Below are positions 1 to 10,409 of a DNA stretch of 20,000 nt, piece after piece; the stretch's first letter is position 1, and each line of letters starts with the position of its first letter. The notes beneath the pieces are model-generated. The model was not told the DNA's origin, searched no databases, and worked only from the letters and a program-made list of their open reading frames with translations. Position numbers and translations under genes: made by a program. The DNA comes from Toensbergia leucococca (Eukaryota). Location of the stretch: positions 106,605 to 126,604 of the forward strand of contig JALDZS010000056.1 of the NCBI GenBank assembly GCA_022813965.1, in the 5' to 3' direction.

Positions 1-2036
1 ATCTGGGTATTGTATGGATTGCTTGTACGGTACCAGCATGACAGCCAGGTCCAGTGTTAATTGGACTTTCCACCCGCACTTCATCAGCCTTTGATCGACA
101 GAACTGCATGACACGAGTCTCATGATTGGACCGTTCGGACTTGCTTCGTAATTCAATGTACTCGTCGTTTCCAAGTCGTGGACTGCTTCGTCACCATGTG
201 CTTCTACTCGACCCGTGTGCTCTTTCAAGTTCCATTCTCGTACCGCATTGGCCCAGCTAGGATGGTCATCCTGTGCTTTTTCTGTCTCACCCCCCAACTG
301 TTGGTGGCTCACGTTACGACTTACCGAGTACCGCTGCGCTAGTTATGCCTTACGAGGAGTTGCTTCATGCAGTCAGTGATGATCGTCCCCTCTCCGCCAC
401 TCTTCCGTCTTCTCATAACGGCTGTCTTGGACTCTTGGTGACTCATGCCCCACTAATTGATCTTTCTACTCGTCCAATCCGTGTTGAAGGTTCAACCGGC
501 TTGCCCGGCCTCTGCAGCTGCTAGTTTTATGGAGCTGGGCCCTCTAATTGCTCAATCACCTTATGGCGTACCAATAGCCGCACTTTGCGGCAGAAGCAAC
601 AAGTCCGCCTATCATTGCTTGCACCTTCTGCTTCTTCTTACTCGCTATTACTCCGTCTAGGGCTGCAGTTTCTGCACGACCCATCACCTTATTTGCCCCC
701 AGGAACCAGCCCTATGCAGTGTCAGGCTTCATCCAGGAATGGCTAAATACCAGCTATGACACAGTCCCTGCACCTGCTACAATACAGCTCACTGGGTGAC
801 ACGATACCCACAAGTTTTCACCAGCTCATTCAACTCCAATTTTGTCTTACTAGGGATCTTTTGCACAAGAACTGAAAAGAATTAAGATATTTCTCCGTAG
901 ATATGGCTGCGAAGTGTGGTTACACTGCGTCAGGATCAGAAATATACCCGACCCTATATCCGCTGCTCAGACCCTCTGCAGAGCAGGTAGCAACCAGACC
1001 AATTGTTCTTGTTCTTCCTGCGCCTGAAGATTAAAATCTCTCGGTAAATTTCATCCGTTCTCCCTATTCTTACAGCAGGTTTCCCGGAACGCTAGCCTAC
1101 ACTACCATGACCAGCTCTTTCAACATAGTCTTCTCGAGACTACTCAATGTTTTCATCCACCTTTTCTGGCTCATGAATTCCCACAGCTTCCAGACCATCC
1201 TTGTCATGGATTGAACAAGCAGACTCGGTGTAAAACCGATGCTTGAAGCCGCAATTCAAAGCCAGCGCCCAACCCACAGAGTAAGAAAGGCTAAATATCC
1301 CTTGAGAGCCCGTCAAGAACGAGAATTAATCAAAGACCTTGTTCAACAATGATCTCGAAGTTCCAAGCAACGCCAAGCAGTCCGACTAGTATCTACCTGT
1401 ATTCGGCGAGCACTGATCAGTGTTGATAATAGTCAAGAACGCTAACGTTGAACAGCAACGACGACTAACATCAACTTGACAGACGACCAAAGTACCATCA
1501 AGGGCCCCTGAAAAGCTCTTGATACACAACACTCGCCATGCTTGTGGCAACAACATCGTTGAGATACCTTCGGTGACTTTTCGAGCGCAAAACAGCCGAG
1601 CTGACTCAAACGCTCCAGAACCTTCAAATCCTAAGAACAAGAAATTGTAGAAATTTTACAAGAGTGAGAATTTAGTCCCACGCCCTGGGACAGGTGTGAT
1701 ATAGCTCGACCGATCTTGTCGTTAGTCAATATCATAGCAAAATTGGACTGATCAACAGGAAATGAGCATGCGGAACCGCACTACAAGCGGAGAATTTGAC
1801 TTATCACCAGTTTTACATTTGACATGCACCGTTCTACAATTTGAATCAATGGCGAAAAATCGCTCAAACTAAACATCGAAGTACTCGTATCACCACCAAC
1901 CGCAGCTCTTAGTCCATTTACACACGACTTCATTGCGCGTACTCATACATTGTATAAACTTCTGCATAGGCAGTAGGTATTCTCTCTACTCGTCAACGAA
2001 CGATAAGCACTGACACACCACTTGCTCAAAAAACAT

Positions 2037-3474
2037 CTACTGTGCACCCTTGGCCGCGAACCCAAGTTGCGGGCTCGTGTCACCGTTGAAAACAACAAAC
2101 TGCGACTTGAGGAAGATGTCGCCAAAGATAGTGAAGCCGATGCCAGAGTTGGATTGAATGCCACCAAAGCAAGCTATTTCCAACCGTCAGTATCCACTCA
2201 AAGACCACGGGCGAGAGGAAACGGAAAACTCACTGGAGCTGCCTGAGGTGACAGGGCCGTAGTTGACATAGTCGCCCGGAACAACGGCATTGTAACCCCC
2301 GATGCCCAAGGTGATATCCGGCAGACTTGTCGAGCAATCATACACGTACCCGCCATCGGAACTGCTGTCCGATGCTCCATCCACTTGGGCATAGTAGGCG
2401 CTGACAACATCGTCCGGAAGCAAAAGGAGCGTTGTACCCGTGTCAGCGATAGCATCAATAGTCTCAGAAACAAAGTCGCCATCGCCGACAGCGTATCCGC
2501 TAGCGTCAAATTCCCAGAAGCCGTTACTTGTGCTTACGTCCACGTAGGTGATGGAGCCAGTATACTCGGAGTCGTCAATGTAGCCGAAGTTGTAGCTGCC
2601 AGGAGCGCCCTTGTTAAGGTTTGCTGTGAAGAGCGGGGCGTCAAGGCCGGAAATGGCGTTGGAGAAGAAAGTCTGTTGCTGGGTTGGGGAGACTGTGACT
2701 GTGTCAGTCGGTGTAAAGGTGTTGTAGGACTTTTTGATGGGAGTTCCGTAGGCATTGGTCGGATTCGATCCAACAATCACACATTTCATGGCAGAAGTAA
2801 GCCACATAAATGACTTACCTGTGTTAAGTTGGTTGAAGGCTAAGCCAAGCAATCCATCGGTGCTGGTATCCGAAACAAATTCAGAGCTGATTGTTGAGGC
2901 CAGCTCAACCGCTTGACTCGAGACAGTCGTGCCTCCTACCTCCACTACATCATCATAGACGTTACCACTGGCTGAAGATCCATCGCCATATGAAATGCTC
3001 CAAGTGGCACCGCTCAATTCTTGAGCAGTGGAAGAGTCATCAGGGTTATAGATGTTGTGGCCAGCTTGATCCGAGGCAGGAAGCTCCGAGGAGAAAACCC
3101 AGCTTTTTCATATCAGCGCTAGTGCATTAATTAACAGAAAGTGGATATAATACTCACAGATCAGAGGAACCTGTGTCGAAATCCAGATTCAAGGTTTGTC
3201 CGCCAATAGTCACAGGGCACAGATAAGAAGAATCACCTGACTGGGGGGTGGCGGTAACAGATCCATCGTCTTGGGCAGCGGCAGCAGCGAGGTTTGCCGA
3301 AATAGGTGCACCGTATTTGCTGTAGGCATGAGCCAAGGCATTTGGCCCAGTCTTGGTGGTCGTCTTGGGTACGTTTTGGACGAAACTGAAAGTCTTGCCT
3401 CGTTTCTGGATAGGGGATGCTGAAGCGAGGGAGAGTATGGCCGAAGCCGTGCTGAGTTGCTCGATGAAACGCAT
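2037..3474 (-). CDS. pepA: Secreted pepsin-like aspartic endopeptidase (family A1, aspergillopepsin I/penicillopepsin-like), about 398 aa, 4 exons: 3474-3158, 3102-2819, 2692-2234, 2173-2037
   Basis: Signal peptide [19 protein letters not shown] and a basic propeptide. Both catalytic motifs are present ([12 protein letters not shown] across intron 1; [11 protein letters not shown]), plus flap [17 protein letters not shown] and C-terminal [25 protein letters not shown]. Introns 3157-3103, 2818-2693 and 2233-2174 have GTRAGT donors, CTGAY branch sites and AG acceptors. The spliced CDS is 1197 nt and in frame. Confidence 0.95.
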
Positions 3475-3618
3475 GATGGTATATATTTGAAGACTATGTA
3501 GTGAGGAGTGGATGTATATACAATATATTGAATGATGTGAGAATGAACTTTGTACAGGAAATAGGAATGTCGACTTCAGAACTACTGATGTTGGCTGCCC
3601 ATGGGGAATCAAGGACCA

Positions 3619-3625
3619 TTTTATA
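3619..3625 (-). promoter_or_regulatory. Candidate TATA box of the aspartic protease gene
   Basis: TATAAAA on the minus strand about 145 nt upstream of the ATG at 3474. Confidence 0.5.
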
Positions 3626-6263
3626 GGAAATTTCCCCCCCGCATTCTAATAGAGGATATGGTGTTTCACGCAGTCCGAAGCTTCGTGAACATGGAGGCCG
3701 AAAATCATGGTAGTCTTGTCATGGTATGTCGAATTAAAGAGCGCCGTTGACGACGTCTCAACGGAGGCAATCCGGGATGGCAAGCTCAAGGTGATCCTCT
3801 GGCCCTATTTCCTGCCGAGGTAGATATCCGAGAGGATGGCAAAAACATGGTGGGTGAACGACTCGCGATTGAGCAATAGGGCCTTTGCACGAGCACCGCT
3901 AGGGTGGCACTGGATGAAATACGGAGGCGGAGACTCGTCTCTTTTAGGAAGTTTAGAGCAAAAAGGGTTCGGGTCCTTGAAGAAGGAGGTGGCAAGTCAC
4001 TCTAGCTGGTACGTGCTTGAACAGAAGGAGCAGTCTTTAATTTTAGCCATTCAAGACGGTGGTCATGATTGGATCAAGTCGTTGGAGGCGAGCTTGGATA
4101 GTTGCTTCGACCAAGGCTTGATTGTTTTTCTGTTGCATCTGTATGGTGGGAAACAGTGTACAGGGTTCGACTGATCTGCTCTACCTCTCGACGTCAAGCG
4201 TCAAGACGGGAGATCGGCGAAGGGGAGATGCAGGACCACAACCAGCCATTACTCGTGTGACTTGATGATGCAGGGCATAAGACAGTAGCTGCATCGAGTA
4301 AGTCATCTCCTCGCCACAACGGTGGTGGTGGGGATGCAGGCTTACCGTACCTTAGTCTCCATGGACGATGACGTTGGCTGGTGGGACTTCTTGCACTTAG
4401 CACTTGGGGTTGAATAAGGTCGCGTCCGACGGACCGCTGACCTGGATGATACTTGATGCGACAACAATCCCCTTTTCTGTTTATCGGAGAAGTCTCCTAT
4501 TCTCGATGTTTCCGCTGCTCAGACACCGAGGCAGCGAGCACTCGTTACATGCTGCTCTTCCATTGGCTGCGCTAAGTTTCAGCAGGATCGCAAGCTTCAC
4601 CTCCGACAAGCCAACCCCGAGGTGTGAACAAACCCCTCGACCACTTCCACAACCCTCCCTAAATTGAGGAACCTTATGCCCGGCTATACTGACACTTGGA
4701 AAGAAGTCATTCCGACCAAGGGTCAATGGTGAGACAAGATCTTGTCCAAGTCCGGGCTCCGTTATCGTTTCTCTGGGAGAGATTTTGAGTCTTGACAGAT
4801 CCACAAGCAGGCAGGCTGTGGGAAAGACTGATTCTTCAAGTCTGGGATTCAATCATCAACGCCGCATGTCTACTATCTCTTTGTTGCTCCATCACTTCAA
4901 AAAGACGCTCTACCACGAGAAAGTCTGTCTGAGGTTGGTGGGTTCTAGTGGCTGATCTTACTTTGCTTGCTCTTCGGTACTATCTGCCTCCCCTAGGTCC
5001 ACCAGCCGTCCAATGTGTTGCGCAGTACAAAAACAACCCTTGACAAGAATGATGCACGGCGTCGAGATAGCCCTGTGCAAAACACAGACTGGGGCATGGG
5101 TTCCTATCGGCCGCTAGGCTCCGCAAAAGGAAATGAGTAATTCTGACACACAGATGGCTTTGACAAGAGCGAACTTTTAGATGGCCCTTCTCGGTTCCCT
5201 CACAGGAAGACAATGGCTTTGCTCCGCGACTGCGATCGCAGCGATTGTAGCCGCTAATTGCAGCCGATCTTCCTTCAACAGTCTTGATGTGAGATTCCTC
5301 GCTCACCACTAGATTTGTGACAACGACGTCGAGCATCGTGGGGACTTTTGTTACCTTGACTTCGATAATCTGAGCCGAGGAACCTACTCCGTAGTATCAG
5401 CTCAGTCAGCCGTACTACATCGGACATATGTGGAGACTAATTAGGCCCCCAAGGCGCTTATCCAGATACGCATGTGGGCACTTCTATGTCATATCGAGCA
5501 AAGTCGCCCAGAATGACCAGGTGCATCACAGCATCGGGTGCATCAATGCTTTCGCAGGTAGAAATGATCTGTGCTGAAAAAGGAGTTCATATGATATCAT
5601 TTCATCAGATCTGAAATGGCATTTGGCTATACTTTCCAGTCAGTACATTGTTTGATTTATTCCCTACATGCGGTGTCTTCCACTGAAGAACGGATCTACA
5701 AGTCTGACTTGCGGCTGAGCCTCAATATAGCCATTTCAGGCAAGTCTAGACGCACTTTTTGAGCTTTAATGTGGTCGATAATCGGGATCACTTACTTGTT
5801 TTCCAAGTATAACACGCTAGAGATAGCTGTCAACAGGTTTGGGAAGAGCGCTTCGCTCCATCATGTTGCTGTCCCCATTCTCTGACAGCATATTGAGTGC
5901 CCGTACATAGTCCCAGGCTCAAAGTGGCTAGGCATGAGCACTGAGCAGAGAAACGAGCTTGCAATACTGCATGGCTGAATAGGAATGTCTCTTGGAGTGT
6001 TCTTGTAAATACTCACGAAATTGAATCCCAGTCCACACATCACACCAGATTCGAGACGCTAACCAGTTCAAACCTACCACCTCTGTCTTCACAATCATTA
6101 CAAGTCTCGAGCTCTCGAGCGATGTTCTTTCGTTTCAGTGCCAGTTTCAATCTCGAAGCGCGCGAAAAGATTCGCGGATCTCGCTTGTGATTGGCTCGTT
6201 GACAATTCGCGAAGCGGCCGTTTCTTTGTCCGGCCCCTCAACTCTCTTTGTCTTCTGCTGTTC

Positions 6264-6286
6264 ACTGGTGACTGGTGACTGGTGAC
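6264..6286. repeat. Short tandem repeat (ACTGGTG)x3
   Basis: actggtg actggtg actggtg ac read directly from the sequence. Confidence 0.8.
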
Positions 6287-6353
6287 AGGCATCCACTGTC
6301 GCCAACAATGACAATGGCTTTGTTCACTGTCGTAGGAAACAAGTTGAGGGAAG

Positions 6354-6360
6354 TATAAAA
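6354..6360 (+). promoter_or_regulatory. Candidate TATA box of the 6520-7182 gene
   Basis: TATAAAA followed by a pyrimidine-rich tract, about 160 nt upstream of the ATG at 6520. Confidence 0.5.
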
Positions 6361-6519
6361 ATATGTTCTTTCACTTCCTTTCTGTTTTCATTCTTTGTGG
6401 CTTATCGTCTGCTTAATATCTGTCGATACGCCAACAAGAGACTGGTTCTCTTTCTTTTCACGTCGCTCCTTCTAGTCGTTTTCCCACGCGTAACCTCAGC
6501 AAGGGAACCAGACGGCAAT

Positions 6520-7182
6520 ATGCTTCTCGAAATCATCTTCACCCTCTTCTTTTCCATCTCTCTCTCGTCGACCTACGTGCTCCCCGTCCAGATCCGAGAT
6601 GCTCCCTCCAGCACCAGCATCGTGCTTGCAACTGCCCCCAAATCTGCCTCATGCGCCGGCGCACCCTCCTCATCCTCGGAATGCCGAACCGCCTCCCAAG
6701 CTGCTCCCATCATCGCCGAGGTCTTCAGCGCATACGACATAACCTCCCCGGGGGAAATGGCGGCTTTAATATCAACCATGGCTTTTGAGAGCGGTGACTT
6801 TGAATACAACATCAACATCTACCCGGGAAATCCAGGCCAGGGAACCCGCAACATGCAGATGGCGTCATACAACGTCCTTTACGCACATTCCATTCCTGCT
6901 CTAGCCTCCGAGCTCAGCTCGATTACGAACGGCGCACCTGCCAGCTCGCTGTCGACAACGCAGTTAAATGCGGTACGCGGCTTACTGATCGCAAATGATT
7001 CGTATGACTTCGGATCGGCGGTGTGGTTCCTCACCACCCAGTGCTCTGAGAGCGTCAGGACCGGGTTGCAGAGCGGCGGGCAGGCTGGATGGGAGAACTA
7101 TGTTAGCGGCTGCCTCGGGACGACGGCTACGAGCGATCGGCAGGCTTACTGGGAGAGGGCTAGCCAGGCGTTTGCGGCTTAG
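6520..7182 (+). CDS. Secreted, intronless, uncharacterised fungal protein (220 aa) with GH19 chitinase/lysozyme-like motifs
   Basis: ATG at 6520 (the ORF-track start at 6397 is a GTG). Hydrophobic signal peptide MLLEIIFTLFFSISLSSTY. Motifs EMAALISTMAFESGDFEYN, PGQGTRNMQMASYN and FGSAVWFLTTQC; 4 Cys. Confidence 0.85.
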   Translation: MLLEIIFTLFFSISLSSTYVLPVQIRDAPSSTSIVLATAPKSASCAGAPSSSSECRTASQAAPIIAEVFSAYDITSPGEMAALISTMAFESGDFEYNINIYPGNPGQGTRNMQMASYNVLYAHSIPALASELSSITNGAPASSLSTTQLNAVRGLLIANDSYDFGSAVWFLTTQCSESVRTGLQSGGQAGWENYVSGCLGTTATSDRQAYWERASQAFAA

Positions 7183-8933
7183 AGGTAGGGACAAGGCGGT
7201 GTAGAAGGGTGGGGTTTCTGTTGCATTTTGCGTGCGTGGCTGAAAAGTTTTTGTTTGAACATGTCGGGAGACTAGGACTAGGCTTGGCTACATAGGTAGC
7301 ATCTGCCGAATAGCAAAAGAACATGCTCAACAATGTACATCCATATCCTCGATTTCAAATCCATTTTTGAATGCTTCATAAGTGATTCTTCGTTCGTCCT
7401 GGTTAACATCTATAATCTCGGTCTTGTTCCCCCTTGTAAGCCAGCATTGCAAAAGTAAATCTCCTCATGAAATAATTACCAACAAACGTCAGCCCTAGCA
7501 AGCCATCCCCCGAGGTTCATCGTCCATGGATTCGAGGGACATCGAGAAAGTGAATCAGCACGAATCACGAGGAATCACGGTAATTCGAACCAGTCAAGCT
7601 TTACCTCGAGCTTGTTTCGTCCGTTCAGTGACCCGATCCCAAAACGACGAATGATCATCTCACTTGCACCATGTCCACAAAACCATCACCAGGGACGAAA
7701 GGGATAGAAGCAAAGCGCGAAACACAAAAATGGAACAGAAACAGTGCACGTTGGAAAGATTTTAACTGCGGGGTGCATGCGGTGAGATGGTTGGGAAGAC
7801 AACATGGCCCCACGAACCGAGTGATATGATTTACACCCATTCGGATTTCCTGCTGACCTGATAAATGCCTTTTCGGGTCCTTTTCGCTCTTCCGGGGCGG
7901 GCCAGGACATGTGCTAGTCAACCCCTCCCCCCGGGGCTCTCAAGCACTGGCTAGTTTGGTGACTTTGTCGTGGTTGATCGGAGTTTTTCAGGGAAGAGCC
8001 ATTCCGACTAAATCTGGAGCGTTGCTTGGAATTTGTGGTTTAAAAGTGCATTGTGGGGTATCATTGGCGTCGCTTGCTGGGGTTGAAGACGGCGTATTTT
8101 CAACTGGTACTTTGTGCAGTCTTCAAGGGTGCTGACATCCGTTTTCAAGGACGTTGGTTTGTTGTTGGTTGCTGATGGATGAGTTGGATATATGTGTGCA
8201 GCTGAGAAGGGAAGATGAAACGATCATCTCCGAAGAAGACTGGGTGCATTTTATATTTAAGACTTGAACTCTTATGGACGCCCTGTCTGTGCTGATCATA
8301 CAAACATTGCCATTACTTGAGACCTTGCTGTAGTACAGTGGACTGAAGAATCATCGGGGAAGAAATCTCTTGAAGATTGACAAAGGCGACGAGTGGCGAT
8401 TATCAACACGGCACTCGTATGAGAACAAGAAAGAGTTCTATTGAATGTTTCATCTGCCTGCTATCAAAGACATCAGGAACTCACTCCCATGTCATTCCCA
8501 TTCCAGCATCAATGAAACGGCCTATTCCTCATCCATAAATCTTAAAGATAACGAAGAAATTGTTCTTTAATTGCAAGCTTAATGTTAGTAAGCCCCAAGC
8601 ATGGCCTATCATGAACATATCATGTTGATCTGTCCTCAATGCAGGGGTAGACCAAATCTGGGTTACCTTCACTAGTCCAGTCAGCATCCAAGCAACTCGA
8701 AGGGGGAAAAGTTAGAGGCACCTATTGACCTGAAGTTTTGCGTTCTTACATATCGAGATCTAGGGAAATGGAAGCTTAAACATGGAATGTTGTCCTTCTG
8801 ACTCCTTGCTTCCCACCATCATTTGTTATCATGACCGATAAGTCGATTCGACATGTCATAGACTGCCATCAACACATTGCGCCAATCTTTAATATACTAA
8901 GAATTCTTTGAAGCGTTCAGGCTCCACCGTGAT

Positions 8934-10409
8934 TCAACGTTCTAGTAAACCAACGTCCCAGTTTTGAAGCTTCCTCGCTGACACTGGGAGAATGCTTTTA
9001 CTCGCTTGAAGATCTGCGTACAAAGCATATAGCACGTAGTCTGGAAGTTCGAGCTCGTCTACTCTCATGCCTTGCTTTTCGAGTATGTATGCTGGGTCCG
9101 AGACTTTCTGGTACAGGATCTTCAGTGCCCGTTTTGGACCGCCTGGACCAAACGAGGTAGAATACCGCAAATCTGGTGTGAATACCCAAAGCTATTGTCC
9201 ATTAGCCACATTGAAGATCCTTGACAATACCATCTAACGACTGACCAGTATAGCATCCGTGGTGTACTCTATTGTCCCACTGTAAGCAATGAACTTATGA
9301 GTAGCTTGACTTGCAATCAAAGCCAAGAGCTGTGCGCATATTAAAGTCTGTATGGCGCACACGGTCCAATCCATCTCCTTTGCACTTCTTAAGGATAAGC
9401 TCCATTTATCAAGCCGAAGGCCTTGCAACCTCTCATCTTCAATTCCGACAAGCTCATGACACGACACACATTCCAAGAAAGGCTGATGCAAACGCTTTCT
9501 CTGCAGAAGATCAGCGAATGTACCTCAATAATATCCCGTGATGCCTATGACATGAGAACCACACGGTGAAAGCCTAAGGCTCCAACTATGGTGCATCGAT
9601 CGCTAACGTAGAGTAACCCATACATACATCATGAATGAAGAGGGTAGGCAAGGCGCTGCGAGATGGATCTCGGAGAGGAGTACTCTTGGGTACTTGTATC
9701 GGCGACCATGCCATGGATCCGACTTCAAGTACGGGAACAGGTCTCCTTCTTACTACCCGAACGGTGCTATGTTTCCTTGGAAAGGATTCGCAACGCTCGA
9801 GATCTTTCTTGTACATACCTGAATTCCCTGACAGTCTTGTTGCGATAAGAGGACATGACAAATGTCGACAAGACCAACTCCGGGTGTTGCACCTAGCCTA
9901 CTTGAAGCATTATAGCCTTTGGCAAATCCCTGGGTCCCAGAAGCGTCGTATTCATGAGTATCGGGCTTGTGGCAGTGCCAGAAGTCCATCATCTCTGCCC
10001 AATTCTCGCTTGGGAGATCTTTCCAGGTAGTAACGGTGTTGGCCACGAGGATAGTCTTGCAAGATCTACAAGCAATTTGGGTGTCGCAGGTTAAGGAAGA
10101 AGCAGGCCAAGGGCAGTCGTTGTCCAGAGCAATGTCACTATGTGGTGTGAATCTGGAGCCTTCGGAGAGCTTGAGACGAAAATGTAAATCCTTAGTCTTC
10201 GTTGCAGGCAAGATCAATTTTGCGTCAGGCGGGACTGGTGAGGGCAGCTCAATGGTAGCTGTGTCTCCGCCGTGCGAGACGGAGACGAACCCTCGGTCAC
10301 TAGAAATGTCGACTCGGGTGCTTTCATTGCAATGAGAAGGCAGAGTAGCGAAAAGGGTCACCTGGGGAATATGGAGAAGAAGCTCGGCATACAAAATGAT
10401 TGGCGACAT
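8934..10409 (-). CDS. IPA1: Ipa1/UBE3D family protein (HECT_2, 'ubiquitin-conjugating enzyme E2C-binding protein'), about 367 aa, 3 exons: 10409-9819, 9500-9246, 9191-8934
   Basis: N-terminal LYAELL, CxxC (CRSC), family signature WKDLPSENWAEMMDFWHCHKP, second CxxC (CVSC), LWVFTPDL, KILYQ and C-terminal LPVSARKLQNWDVGLL. Introns 9818-9501 (GTATGT...GCTGAT...CAG) and 9245-9192 (GTCAGT...GCTAAT...TAG) are both phase 0. The spliced CDS is 1104 nt. Confidence 0.9.
9516..9760 (-). ncRNA. Intronic box H/ACA guide RNA, snR81-like (predicted U2 snRNA Psi42/Psi41 guide); 3' half and ends uncertain
   Basis: Lower stem GGGUA(9758-9754)/UACCC(9692-9688). Upper stem GGaGACC(9746-9740)/GGUCgCC(9707-9701). 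Pocket strands AAGAA(9751-9747) and GAUAC(9700-9696) are complementary to U2 GUAUC-U-G-UUCUU. H box AGAGUA at 9686-9681 lies 14 nt from the upper stem. The only downstream ACA before the branch site is at 9521-9519. Confidence 0.75.

Noticed and set aside
1..1750. Possible decayed or RIP-mutated transposon or pseudogene. A + frame at about 1240-1750 is broken by TGA/TAA stops, and a stop-free - frame runs from about 310 off the window edge.
   Set aside because: No gag, RT, integrase or transposase motifs and no terminal repeats. Stop density is about what random sequence gives, and the translations are unrecognisable.
4421..4436. Palindrome GTCCGACGGAC containing CCGHCGG (PrtT-like site) about 950 nt upstream of the protease
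   Set aside because: A single short site, and PrtT is restricted to some Eurotiales; the organism is unknown.
3786..6292. Several 60-123 aa ORFs between the protease and the lysozyme-like gene
   Set aside because: No motifs, mostly non-ATG starts and no consistent exon structure. Treated as a divergent promoter/intergenic region.
6397..6519. 41-aa N-terminal extension in the ORF track
   Set aside because: It starts at GTG and lies in the pyrimidine-rich presumed 5'UTR. The ATG at 6520 begins a proper signal peptide.
9696..9750. Alternative pocket register (GCCGAUA/AGGAG) pairing with LSU rRNA UGUCGGC-UC-UUCCU (snR34-type site)
   Set aside because: It needs G-U pairs, shortens the upper stem and gives 17-nt spacing to the H box. 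The U2 register is all Watson-Crick with canonical 14-nt spacing.
9586..9861. 91-aa ORF (…WSPIQVPK…) as an extra exon of the Ipa1/UBE3D gene
   Set aside because: It is out of frame with exon 1, exons 1 and 2 join cleanly in phase 0, and the sequence is better explained as a structured H/ACA RNA.
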